Shown here in pieces: positions 1 through 12,617 of a stretch of DNA of 64,000 bases. The stretch is from Octopus sinensis. Its lineage: Eukaryota. Numbering within the stretch: position 1 is the stretch's first letter; each line of letters begins with the position of its first letter. The position numbers and the translations under genes are program-made. The stretch lies in assembly GCF_006345805.1 (NCBI RefSeq), contig NC_043011.1:9362001-9426000 (forward strand). The letters are read 5' to 3'. The notes beneath the pieces were generated by a model, which worked only from the letters and a program-made list of their open reading frames with translations, searched no databases and was not told the origin of the DNA.

Positions 1-1020
1 GTATAATTATACACTTCAGGATATTGTCACTCTGCATGGTGCAACTATGCGCCTGAATCCCATGGGTTGCCTGTGGGTCTCCTCCTGTGATAGCCCTGTA
101 CCTTGTTGGGGGAATCAACCAATCCATCCATCACTCACTGTAAAAAATCCATGATACGGAAGGGTGGTTAACATTTAGCAACAAGTGCCTTAAACTGTTT
201 GGTTTCTTTGATTTATTTCCCCACCATTCGTAAATACTGTGGACCAGGGATTGAAGTGTAATTTTTAGTAATACAGTGATTGGAGTGTGTGTAATCTTTA
301 CTATTTCCTACTGAACTTGCAACTTGGACAACTTTTGCTTCTCAATTATAGCAGTGGACTAACAGAATCACTAAAATGCTTAGTGGTGGAATTTCTTCTG
401 CTAGTTTACACATCCTGACTTTGAATTCCACCAAGGTTGACTTTGTCTTTCCTACTTTCAGGTTTGATAGAATAGGCACTTGTAGAACACGGGGGGGGGG
501 GGGGGGTAGATTAGATTGACTAGTCCTCTCTCCTAAAATTGTCACTGTGACGTTTATGCCTTTGTTTCGAAAGACACCAAAATGAAGCACAATGACTTCG
601 AATGACCACTGAGACTACATTGCAGTGTTAGTTGTCCAAACATTTCTTGTCTTACATCACTTCCCTAAGAGATGGCATTGATTCCCTGTAGTGAATCGAC
701 TCCAACTGGTATTATTTTAACCCTGGGACGATAAAAAGTTTTGTCTGACATTCCACAACTTCTTCTTCCAATTTAGTAACCATAGCAACAACAAAAAAAA
801 TCAGTAAATATCAATGTTTTTCAGTTTAATAATATCAATCACAATGAGAATAAAAACAAATATAAGCAGGATAGTGTTTAGAATGTCACAACATGGTGCA
901 ACATGCAAGAGAACATGCAAAGGTGCATACACACATGGAGGAAATAAGCAAAGAAAGTTGTTGACAAATGTAGTTAAACAGACACAAACTATCAAGTGAT
1001 GATTTTGTACAGCTATGGGA

Positions 1021-1028
1021 TACATACA

Positions 1029-1064
<36 letters not shown>

Positions 1065-1066
1065 CA

Positions 1067-1100
<34 letters not shown>

Positions 1101-1351
1101 CATACATACATATATATACATACATACATACATACATGCATATATATACATACATATATATACATAATATATATATATATATATATATATACATACATAC
1201 ATATATATAACATATATATATATATATATAATATATATATACATACATATATATATATAATATACATACATATATATATATATATATATACATACATATA
1301 TATATATATTATATACATACATATATATACATATATATATATATATATACA

Positions 1352-1404
<53 letters not shown>
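1021..1404. repeat. (TACA)n/(TA)n compound microsatellite
   Basis: Directly visible; source of the YI-repeat ORFs. Confidence 0.98.
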
Positions 1405-2356
1405 CAAACCCTGGAAATATTGCACATCTGCAACAGGAGTTGGCTACAATATACAAGTGAGCTGAGGACAACAACATGCAGTTTAATGCAGGTAAGTTCC
1501 AGGCCCTGCGCTACCGGCACACAAAGGTAAACGACATGCAGACTGGATACACTGGCCCGGGAAGAATTGCAATCCCTGAGTCAAAATCAGTGCGTGACCT
1601 GGGCATTGACATGAGCAATGATGCATCTTTCCAAGTGCATATTACTAATCTGGTGATAAAATGCAGACGGCTAGCTGGATGGATTCTCCGAACTTTCAGA
1701 ACAAGAGAGAAGGAGACACTGATGGTCCTGTGGAAAACTTTCGTCCTCAGCCGCTTGGACTATTGCTCCCAACAATGGTCACCACACAATATAAAACTAA
1801 CAGCAGAACTCGAAGCAATTCAAAGAAGCTACACAAAGAAGATCGTCTCAATGCAACATATCAGCTACTGGGAAAGACTGAAAGTATTAAACCTCTTCTC
1901 CCTAGAGCGAAGGTGGGAGAGATATGCGGTGATATACATCTGGAAAATCCTGGAGGGTCTTGTCCCAAACGTTGGCATTCAAAGTTACCCCAACCGCAGA
2001 ATGGGGCACCACTGCATGGTGCCAAAGATTCCAACATCACCATCAAAATACTGGACCAGATACTGCAACAGCTTGGGTTTCAGAGGACCACAGCTCTTTA
2101 ACATCCTCCCTAAATGCCTGAGAGACTTGCATGGTGTGGATGTGGGTTTCTTTAAAACTAAACTGGATCTCTTCTTGTCGGGGGTCCCAGATGAACCTAC
2201 CTCACGACAGGAGACACAGATGCGGGCAGCGGTATCGAACTCCCTTGTTGACCAAGTGCCATGTATCAGAGGTGGATTCACATATTAGTGTAGCTCATTC
2301 AGCGGTGGTGCCCCAGCATGGCCGCAGCCTTTGGGCTGAAACATTTTTAAGGATTT
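1402..2356 (+). mobile_element. 5'-truncated CR1/L2-like LINE (ORF2 C-terminus and 3' UTR)
   Basis: ORF 1476-2288 has post-RT motifs: VRDLGI, LDYCSQ.WSP, ERLK.LNLFSLERR, FKTKLD.FL..VPDEP. It ends in the GGTGCCCCAGCATGGCC-stem-loop tail. Confidence 0.93.
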
Positions 2357-2519
2357 ATACATATATATATATTATATATATATATATATAGATATATATA
2401 TATATATATATATCTATATATATCATACATATATATATATATATATATACATTATATATATATATATAATATATATATATACTATATATATATACATACA
2501 TATATATATATATACATAC

Positions 2520-2551
<32 letters not shown>

Positions 2552-2581
2552 CATACATATATAACATACATATATACATAT

Positions 2582-2612
<31 letters not shown>

Positions 2613-2895
2613 CATATATACATAATACATACATACATATATACATACATATATATACATACATACATACATATATACATAACATATATATATATATACA
2701 TACATATATATATACATATATATACATATATATATACATACATATATATATATATACATACATATATATATATATACATACATATATATATATACATACA
2801 TATATATATATATATACATACATATATATATATACATACATATATATATACATATATACATACATACATATATATATACATACATATATATATAC

Positions 2896-2930
<35 letters not shown>

Positions 2931-3055
2931 CATACATATATATATACATACATATATATATACATACATATATATATATATATATACATACATATATATA
3001 TACATACATATATATATATATATATACATACATACATATATATATATACACATGC

Positions 3056-3086
<31 letters not shown>

Positions 3087-3092
3087 CATATA
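2357..3092. repeat. (TA)n/(TACA)n compound microsatellite
   Basis: Directly visible. Confidence 0.98.
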
Positions 3093-4304
3093 TCCACACT
3101 GGATATTGTTTTGCCATTCTTACACTGTCAACGATAGAGTAAGGATCATTTGGCATTCCCTCTTGATTGGTCTTCCTTTCTCATGCCACCTATTGTATAG
3201 CCATGATGAGGCATTCTCAGCTTTTCTATGAAGCTCACATACACACACGTGGTATGTGCATGTGTGTTCACGTTCAGTCATTATTGGTTTGAATAAATGG
3301 TTACTTCACTACATCTTGCCTCTTACAGATGAATTCCCCAATGAATTTTGAATGTAACTTGGAATCGGTAAAAACTGTTGCCAACTGCTACATAAATCAC
3401 TAATTTATGCACCAATCTGTAACAATTTTCATCACATAATGAAGCTCATCCATCAGGAACTTCGCATATCAGCAACAGAAACCACTTTTGAAGCCGAATG
3501 TAGTCAATGCTTCACTAATTGCAAGCATCTGATTAATTAAACATACGTCTTTGTGTCGATGAAACTCAGCATAATGACTGATCATTCACTAACTGCCTTC
3601 CTACAGATATGAGCAGCCCTTTAAGAGCCACCCATGCCACAGCTACCAAAACTTTAACCACTGGCTCTGTATAAAAATATTCCAAAATTAGCAATGAAAT
3701 ATTTTCTTTAAAAAGATTTAGAAATCTATTGAAATAGGATAAAATGTGGGATCCAAGGTAAATGTGTTGGCGGAGTTCAGTCAGTGTAAAGCCCGGAAGA
3801 TTGTAAAGTTTATTTCTCAGGAAGAGTCTTCAAGGAATCTAAGGTTAGGAAAAGAAAAACTGAAGTTGAAGGGTGAATTTGGGAAGATGGATAGTTAAGC
3901 AACAAGAGGGGTGGGTGAGACGGTGAGAAATGAAAAATGTAGAGTGAAAGGAGGAAAAAGGTTAGCAAGTTGAACTGGAAAGTATCCATACAGCCCTGGG
4001 GCACAGAGATTGAGGACACAGCAAAAGGTAAGGGTTGGGGAAACATACTACAGGCAATCATCTATATATTAGTTATAACAGTTACGACCTAGGTTGACCT
4101 TATTGACCACTTAACTGTGAAGAAGTGATGCAAGTCTTTTGGTCAGTGAAGCAAACTGGAGCAAGTGGTGTTTGGTGTCTGGATAAACGACAGGAACAAC
4201 TTCTCAGTCTCATCTACATGACATGGCAACTTCAGTTTCATGCAGACGCAGTTTCATGACTTAATTTCACACACCCACATCCACTAATAGTTTTACTGTA
4301 TATG

Positions 4305-4633
4305 TATTCTTTTACTTGTTTCAGTCATTTGACTGGGACCATGCTGGAGCACCACTGGGCTTATTCTTTGTAAGTCTGGTACTTATTCTATTGGTCTCTT
4401 CTGCCGAGCTGCTAAAACATAACACACCCACAGAGACACAAAGATATGCACATAAGAATATACATATATATACGACGGGCTTCTTTCAGTTTCCATTTAC
4501 CAAATCCACTCACAAGGCTTTGTTTGGTCAGCCTGATGCTATAGTAGATGACACTTACCCAAGGTGCCACACAGTGGGACTGAGCCCAGAACCCTGTGGT
4601 CGGGAAGCAATCATCTTACCACATAGCCATGCC
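4305..4633 (-). mobile_element. tRNA-headed SINE family A, internally deleted copy
   Basis: Same head, core and tail as the copies at 4645-5058, 10795-11172 and 23735-24055. Confidence 0.8.
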
Positions 4634-4644
4634 ACATATATTCT

Positions 4645-5058
4645 TTTACTCTTTTATTTGTTTCAGTCATTTGACTGTGGCCATGCTGGATCACCACCTT
4701 TAGTCAAACAAATTGACCCCAGGACTTATTCTTTGTAAGCCTACTACTTATTCTATGGGTCTCTTTTTGCTGAACTGTTAAGTTACAGGGATGTAAACAC
4801 ACCAACATTGATTGTCAAGCGATAGTGAGGGAAGGGGACAGACACAAACACACAAATACATACACATGCACACACATATATATATATACACACACACACA
4901 CAATGGCCTTGTTTCAGTTTCCATCTACCAAATCCACTCTCAAGGCTTTGGTCAGCCTGAAGCTATAGTAGAAGATACTTGACCAAGGTGTCACGCAGTG
5001 GGACTGAACCCAGAACCATGTGGTTGGGAAGCAAGCATCTTACCACACAGCCACTCTT
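4645..5058 (-). mobile_element. tRNA-headed SINE family A, near full length
   Basis: On the minus strand: A-box-like TGGCTGTGTGG, B-box-like GGTTCAGTCCC, CORE-like CCTTGGTCAAGT (GGCAAG in other copies), internal microsatellite, LINE-like 3' tail CAGCATGGCCACAGTCAAATGACTGAAAC. Confidence 0.85.
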
Positions 5059-8000
5059 GCACCTATATATATGTATATATCTACATCACTGCATATGCAT
5101 GCACTATGCTTTTACACAGAATTACACTTTGCAATAAATGTAGATAAACTTGCATTGTGCCAAAGGGAATTGTAATGGTTCTGTGGCAACGTCACCGAAA
5201 TACAGGCAGGACACAGGAATAATTGTCATTGTACAACAACAACAACAACAACAAAATAACCATCTTTTTCACCCACCATCTTGTTGCTACAACCTACTAT
5301 CTTCAAAGCACCAATTTTCACTTAGTAGTAGTATCAAGGGATGTGAAAATTTTGATATCATACACCCCAGTACTTTATTTTATCAAGGGGGATAAAAGTA
5401 CACTGGTACTTTATTTTATGAAGAGAGATGAGAGGCCAAGTTGACCTTGGTGGAAGGCAAGCTGGAGTAATGAAGATGATGATGATGATTACTGGAAAAT
5501 TTACAGTGGAATGGAGGTTGAATAATAGTTTATAAAATCAGGTCAGAATTTTAAACAAACCATGTAGAAGGGAAACCAAAACCTACAGTGAACTCAAAGG
5601 TTTGCCGAAGAGTCTTAATAAGACTGAAAAATGAAATATGCTAATTAACTTAATGGTGCTCTAGTGTTTGTGCTACACCACAGTCTTCTAATTTATAACT
5701 ATTAGTATCACCTTCATTATAACTGCCACATGGTTAATGAATGTCTTTATGTTTGTACCAATTTCACAGTAATAATTTTAAAGGTAATCTCCAAGGTCTT
5801 CATATTTTCTGCTTATTGAACACCTTTGCAAGTAACAGGCGTTACCCATCTTGACCAATCAAATTTGAATTAATGTCATTAGTAATTTGATGGTGACTGG
5901 AGCAGTGTTTAGTGACAGTCTACATTTGTCTCTGTAAATGTGTGTGTGTGTGTGTGTGGAGTTCAACTGAGTTGAAAAAGAATTCAAAATATTCTAATTT
6001 TTTTCAACTGACTTTTATGTTACTCCAGCTAAGGTTTTTTTAAACTGTCACAGTGGGAATAAGCCATGCTCAGCAAAACCGAAGTTATGCTGAGAAAATT
6101 GTAAATATTTGACACATGCATTGAGTGTGTTTTGTGTTTATGTTTTATGTATATGTATACACACACACACACACACACCAACGTGTAGGTATAGTTGTAC
6201 TTTGGGATGGTTATGCTGGCAATTAAAACAAATGCATTGATCATATTTCATAAAAGTTTTATTATAAAGTAATCAGTTAATTGATAAATTCATTAATTAG
6301 ATAGATCTAATTGATATTAAAACTAAAGTGAAATGCAATCAGTGTGTGTGTTTTCATTAGCAATATGAGCCTTCCAAAGGACAACAGTGTTTGTCTCTTC
6401 GTTTCTTATAAAGAATCTTACAAAACAAATACAGCAACAATTTCTTTTCTTTTTTTTTTTTTTGCTTTGTATTTGCTGATATTTTTCTTCAAGGAACTTT
6501 CAGAATGTGAAATCAATAATTCTAATAGCTGTAAGTCAACACTTTATTTGATATATCTAACCTTCAAGGCAATCAATCAAAGATGTAGTAGTTATATTTA
6601 TAATTCACAGAATAGAGATGTTGCAATTATGAGAAGATCCATTCCTACTGTCTTGAAATGGAAGGATGTGTGAGTGTGCAGATGAGAGAAGAAACAAAAG
6701 ATCCTGATGTAGAGAAGTCAATAACCAGGAGACTGTCATTGATATTGTTTTCACTGGCTCAGTCTGCCTACCTGTAGACAGTAAACACATGAATAGCTCA
6801 TCAATATTAGCAGCAACACTCATTTAATGTGTAATTAACCATTGTTTTTCAGTTCCCACACCTAGTTGGGTAATGAACCTGTATTCTTGTTTAGTGACTA
6901 TCTTACTCTACTTTAGCAAGTTCAGGTATGTCTGTGCTTTGTTGAAGAGGTCTAACAAGATCGAAACATGAGTGGAGTTATCTCTCTTATTACCAAAGCC
7001 ATTACTGAATATCTTGATAGACTGTCATCTGATGACAGAGGTCTGTTTGAGATGTGTTTAACATCAGATAGACTAATTTATACGAACTATGATCAGTACC
7101 ACCAGACAACACTTCTCTACTTTTAATGATACAAAAAGCGTGGTGCATGCTGAAATAGCTTTTTCCAGTTTCAGTGTTTTTATTTGAAGAAGTAGCAAGA
7201 TGCGTCTCTCCTTCGTACATAATTTTGTTGTAGGAACGAAGAGGCCTGGCTATTGATACACGACAGAGTCCTTAGTTTCAGCTGTGTTCGGTAACAGTTA
7301 GGTGTCCTCACTATTATTGTCATGTGACAGTGTTGGTGGGAGGATATGAACCGGGTATATTGCAGTCAGTGAAATAAGGGTGTGCCCTTGTGATGTGAAG
7401 TTTGATGTGAGTACCATAACTAGCTGTTGGGTCAGTGAGACCCAGTGAAAATATTTTCTTTTTGTGCAGTTTCAGGTAAATCAGCCCTGATGGAACCTGT
7501 CTGTCAGTATGTCACTAACCAATATCCAGAGAAGTTAAACACTTGTCAAATTGATAGTACTCCCACTGCTTTCAGTCGTTCACAGATGAATTGTGTGTGC
7601 TGTTGACAGTGTCGGATGAACATTCAGTCAACTCATGCATCTACATCCCACACAGTGCAGCCTTGACAGCTTTACAAAACAATGCAGTAGGCCCCTATAA
7701 TATTGACTACAAGCTACAGCATACCTAGATTAGCTTTGAGCCCCTGCATGTGTGGTGCCCCTGCCCAGCATGACCATACCTTAAGATAGCAATGTTCCTT
7801 TGACATCCATGAAGCAAGATGACAATTTCGCTCGTTAACATAAATTCACACCTGAAGCCTTTCGTCCATTGCACAGGTCATCTTTACACAGTAAAGAATT
7901 GGATGACAGCATGAGTAACTTTCAAGATCGTTTTGGGCGATTTTTCACCTTAAATTACATTCCTCAATCTTCTGTGTATTAATACTCTACATATCCTCGT

Positions 8001-8899
8001 TCAAAGTCCATCCTGAAATCTACCATACCATTTATTTGTGGTGCAATAATTCCAGTACTGCTAAAGAATGTGACAAATTCTTCAGTGGATAACAGACATG
8101 AGATAATTTCCCCAGAGAATCCAGTGCTTCTTTTTAAGAACCTGATAAAATGAGGAATGCAGAATGAAGTATTCCTGCCCAGGAGTATAATAAAATACCT
8201 GCACTGAATTTGAATTCTCGCCTGTCTCCCTCTGTCGACGTAATCAAATCTCCCACCAAAATCCAGTTTTCTGCTAGGTTTCTCTCTGTTCCAAATGTTA
8301 CATGTCTTCCCTTTTCTACCAATTTAATGAAGACAAAGACACACAGACAGACTGAACACTAAACAGGCCTTCCACATAGGAAACTATCTTTATTAGTATA
8401 TAACTAAAAGGTGGTAGGTAGAGCACGAGGTACCAGTAATTAGCAAAGGAAATGAGATTTAGAAAGCAGGGTCGGCTAATGTCTGCATGGCTGACGTGAG
8501 CCAGATGCTACATGCCTTCCCATCACTTCTTTCCAGTGAAATGGATAACATCCCATCCATGTGCTCCCTATTTCCACCATTGTCATTTTGGTATTGAGTC
8601 AAATGAATTCGTCATGACCTAAGAAACTTGTGCTTTAATTATTGTCGCTAGGTATTAAAGTTGAAATAATTAAGGTAAACAGAAATAGTTAAGGTAAACA
8701 TGGAGGAATAATTTGCATTTTTTTTTTTTTAGATTTTTGTGTATATTCTTTTAAGATTTTAAAATATTGCTTTGAAAGTCATGAAAGAGAGAGAGAAAAC
8801 AATCATTCCAGTTTGAGGCTAAAACTCTGTGATGGTGACTTGTCTCTTCGCTACATAACCAGGTTAAATGTCATTGGCAAACAGCATCAATTCACTTAC

Positions 8900-8986
8900 A
8901 TGTAGTGGGGCCTCACTGACAGAAGATGGTGGGGCAATAAAGACAATGAAGGGAGCAAACTCAGCCGAACGTAAAGCTTTCAGATC
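8900..8986 (-). CDS. CASK: CASK exon, GK C-terminal part (DLKALRSAEFAPFIVFIAPPSSVSEAPLH)
   Basis: Acceptor ttttttccag, donor gtaagt, 87 nt, phase 0/0. Matches CASK [20 protein letters not shown]. It lies antisense to track ORF 8868-9101. Confidence 0.93.
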
Positions 8987-10794
8987 CTGGAAAAAAGGAA
9001 AGCGGGACAATGCCATGCGTTTTAATACTAAAGTAAAGAGGTGGGCAGGGGAAGGTAGAAGCCATCAAGCAGGAACTCCCAGCCGTGGCACAGCATCCTA
9101 AACAGGTTTTGTTCATCAGTGATTGTTGTTTGCCTTCTTACCTACAAGAAAATATATTTGTATTTCCTTACCTGAGGAAAATAGGCTGGATATAATATCA
9201 CACACACACACACAGACACTGGCATTACCTCCACCCATCGCATTCCCTCCAGAAGGAACTAATACCAGACCGGAATATTCATGCAAATCTTCAAACAACA
9301 CATCAAAGAAATTAACAGTTTAACATCAAAATAGCGTAAATTCTTTTTAAAAGAATGAAAAAGTTTGGTTTCGTCTTTTGAAGCCAAAACTGTCCTGTAA
9401 TTTATGTATGCACACATAAGTGCGTGGGTGGATGCATGTGTGTGTGTGTTTATAACACACACACACACACACACACACCCATTTTGGATGTATTTCATTA
9501 TAACATTAATTTAAAAAAATTTCTTTTAACAAAATGGAAACATTAGAGAACTGAATGACAACATATTTTGAATGCAGAAGATTCTACAGACATCTGAATA
9601 AGCTGGTGGCAAGCAGCAGAAAAAAAGCAAATAAGGAACAAAAGGGGTTACAAAAGAAAAAGAAACTAAGGTTTTACACACACACACATGTAAACACAGA
9701 AGGGTTTGAAGTCAGCTGAAGACAGAAAAGCAATGGGTTGGAGAAGGTTAATATGAGGCATGACACGATGACACCGGATCAAATTTTACCTCAGTCACAG
9801 CTGGTATCGTAGGGGCTGCTATGAATACCACAAAGGGAGAGAATTCTGCTGTTCGCAACACCTTTACTGCCTGAAAAAAATGACAAGCACAAAAATATGT
9901 GTAAATGTTAGTCCATGGGGGAGAAATCTGTGGCAGTGAAGAAGACAGACCATTGATAAGCCATTTATTTGAGAGAGATGTTAACTGGAGATTAGTTATT
10001 CATTGAAAATTACAACAGTAATTAGATGGTTTCAGGGAATGTATTCAAGATATTGTATCATATATGATAATTTAGGAAACAAACTTCAAGTTTGAATTCT
10101 GAAATCACTATTTGTGCTAATTTTTGTTATTATACCCTGCTATTAATTCTGCTTCAGTACCTGCATAACACAGGGTGCACATGATCCAACCACAGGTAAA
10201 CATGACTCAGTTTTGTCCTATAAGAGATACCCAGGGATCAGTATGAAGTTCACTTTGGGGGGGGGGGTCTACATTCACGGCTATTTCTCTTTAGTAGGGA
10301 GATAGAGTCATTCTAAGATATTGGGACCTTTCTTTGTCTTTTAGTGACAAACAATACTCATGATCTTCAATTTTCTTCAGGGTCTACATGATTTTTAAGA
10401 GGAAGTAATCTTCAAACTGGAGTCCCTTCTCAAAAGGTTGCGACATGAACTCTGTTAAAGGCATCTAAGGACCAGGTGGTGGAGTTAAAGTGGGTGACAA
10501 ATTAAATCAACCACCATAGTACATCCTGAAAATACCACAAGGTATCTTGTTTGATAGCCTAACAGTTCCTCCTCACTCAACTGGTTTTATGTTTTGAAAT
10601 CCCGCAAAAGATGAAAGGCAGAGTTGACGTCTGTCAGCAGTTTGAATTTAGGACACATCCAGGACAAGTAGACCAAACTATGAGGTTGGTATTTGGGATA
10701 TATCTGAAGAGGATTAATGTACCCCAAAACATTGCTAATTACAGTTTAGTAAAGAAATCTGCTACATTGTGTCAGTCATGTAGTTATCTAACCT

Positions 10795-10982
10795 CTTTTA
10801 CTTGTTTGAGTCATTGGACTGCAGCCTTGCTGGAGCACCACCTTCAAGCATTTTAGTCAAATGAATTGACCCCAATACTTAACTTTTTAAATCCTGATAC
10901 TCATTCTATCAGTCTCTTTTGTTGAATCACTAAGTTACAGGGACAAACACACCAACATTAGTTGTCCAGCAGTGACAGACAG

Positions 10983-11015
<33 letters not shown>

Positions 11016-11172
11016 TATGTGACAGGGTTCCTTCAGTTTCTGTCTACCAAGTCCACACAGAAGGCTTTGGTTGGCCTGAGACTATTGTAGAAGACACTTG
11101 CCCAAAGTACCATGAAGTGGGACTGAACCTGGAACCGTGTGGTTGAGAAGCCAGTTTCTTACCACAGCCACA
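10795..11172 (-). mobile_element. SINE family A copy
   Basis: Same motifs as 4645-5058. Confidence 0.8.
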
Positions 11173-11864
11173 ATATATTTATCAAACACACGTTAATAAA
11201 CACCATTTAAGATATATTAATTTGCTTTATAATTAACAGTTTATATTTAGCACAGACAATCAAAGAGACAATTAGCATTTAAGTTGTGACCCTTTATGTT
11301 CTAATATATAGGGATTACAAAAAAAAAAAAAGCCCTGCCCCTATGAAGTTATCACTTGAAAGTGTAAAAGACTTGCTAACTTCTATGCAGTCTTAATACT
11401 CCCCAAATGTTTTAAGAGTTGTCATGTCAGGAATGTCAGAGCCAGAAAATGAATTCAACCCAAACAATCACTCCCATCCAGTGACATTGATTTTAGTATT
11501 AGAGGCCAAGCTTTTCCCTAAATTACACAAGAAATCAAACCCTTTGTTTCATTATTTTATCCCTTTCCTTATGAATACATTAATATATTTAATTAGAAAA
11601 GGATAAAGGTTCAAATATTGTTTAATTATCAAGGTCTTTTATAATTATCTAAGCATTTGTTGTCTACAAAAATATTGATCTTTTTAAACTGGTGAGACAT
11701 TTGTCTTGTTCTGTTTTGTCTTATAATTTTAAGCCAAGAAATAATTGTTGAATTTCCTTCTAATACGATGCAATTTTCAATGACAATATCCTGAAATAAA
11801 ATGTCAAATTTTAAAGAACTAATACATGATAAAGACAATGGTAGATACATACATTTGAAAAAAA

Positions 11865-11913
<49 letters not shown>

Positions 11914-12479
11914 ATTAATCAATTTTTGGTTAGTCTAACACTGAATGATGAATCATTTCTTTTCGAAATGAAAGAAATGTAATAATACAAATACTTCAAT
12001 GAAAAGAAACCGGTATGGGTGCAGTGGATTAATGTATTTAGGTTTAAAGTGTAAATCATGTATATGTTTATATGTGTGTACATGTATGTTTGTGTGTGTT
12101 TGTGCATTTCAATATGATACTGGAAAATTTCCCATGAGTATATTCTGCCACAAAGAACTTTAGTATAGGCTCCAATACATTATGTGGTGTGCTGAGAGAA
12201 TTAGTTAAGCAGTTAAATTTATAATTCTAATGAAAAGGAAAATTATTAGCATTAATTTTAAATATATATATATATATAATTATTGGAGATTAGTACCAAC
12301 ATTCCTATGTGGCAGATGTGATAATTGTTAAGAGATTCCATCTTAAATGAAACCATTGGTAGCTTTGTTAACCCACACATAAACAATATTTATTCTCCAA
12401 CTTGATGTTTAGCACTCATTCTCACTCACCAGGTTGGACTGCTGAACTCTACACAGTTTTTCTCTCTCTATTTTTTTTC

Positions 12480-12615
12480 ATTCTCTCTCCAATTTTTTTC
12501 TTTTATTCCTTTCTATCGAAGAGCATAGGCTCGAAACATAAAGGACTTTTCCATTTTTCCTGAGCGTTAAACTAATACACCTGCTTGTTGTTCCTACACC
12601 TGTCTTCATCTTTTG
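12480..12615 (+). mobile_element. Dispersed repeat, possibly a Penelope-like terminal repeat
   Basis: Related copies at about 35720-35770, 39400-39530 (-) and 45497-45570. Contains GAAGAGC-ATAG-GCTCGAAAC. Class assignment is inference. Confidence 0.4.
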
Positions 12616-12617
12616 TT

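Noticed and set aside
801-3156. Long ORFs rich in Y/I/M/C/V (also at about 35000, 41150-41550, 42250-42690, 44500-45800, 58285-59100 and 62662)
   Set aside because: Translations of (TA)n, (TACA)n and (TG)n microsatellites, which lack stop codons in some frames.
6900-8330. Moderately GC-rich stretch that may be an old TE coding region
   Set aside because: No motif could be recognised in any frame by eye, so it is left uncalled.
1-8899. Expected last CASK exon (…QWVPVSWVY)
   Set aside because: Searched by eye on the minus strand and not found; probably beyond the window start. PDZ exons were likewise not found in 52610-64000.
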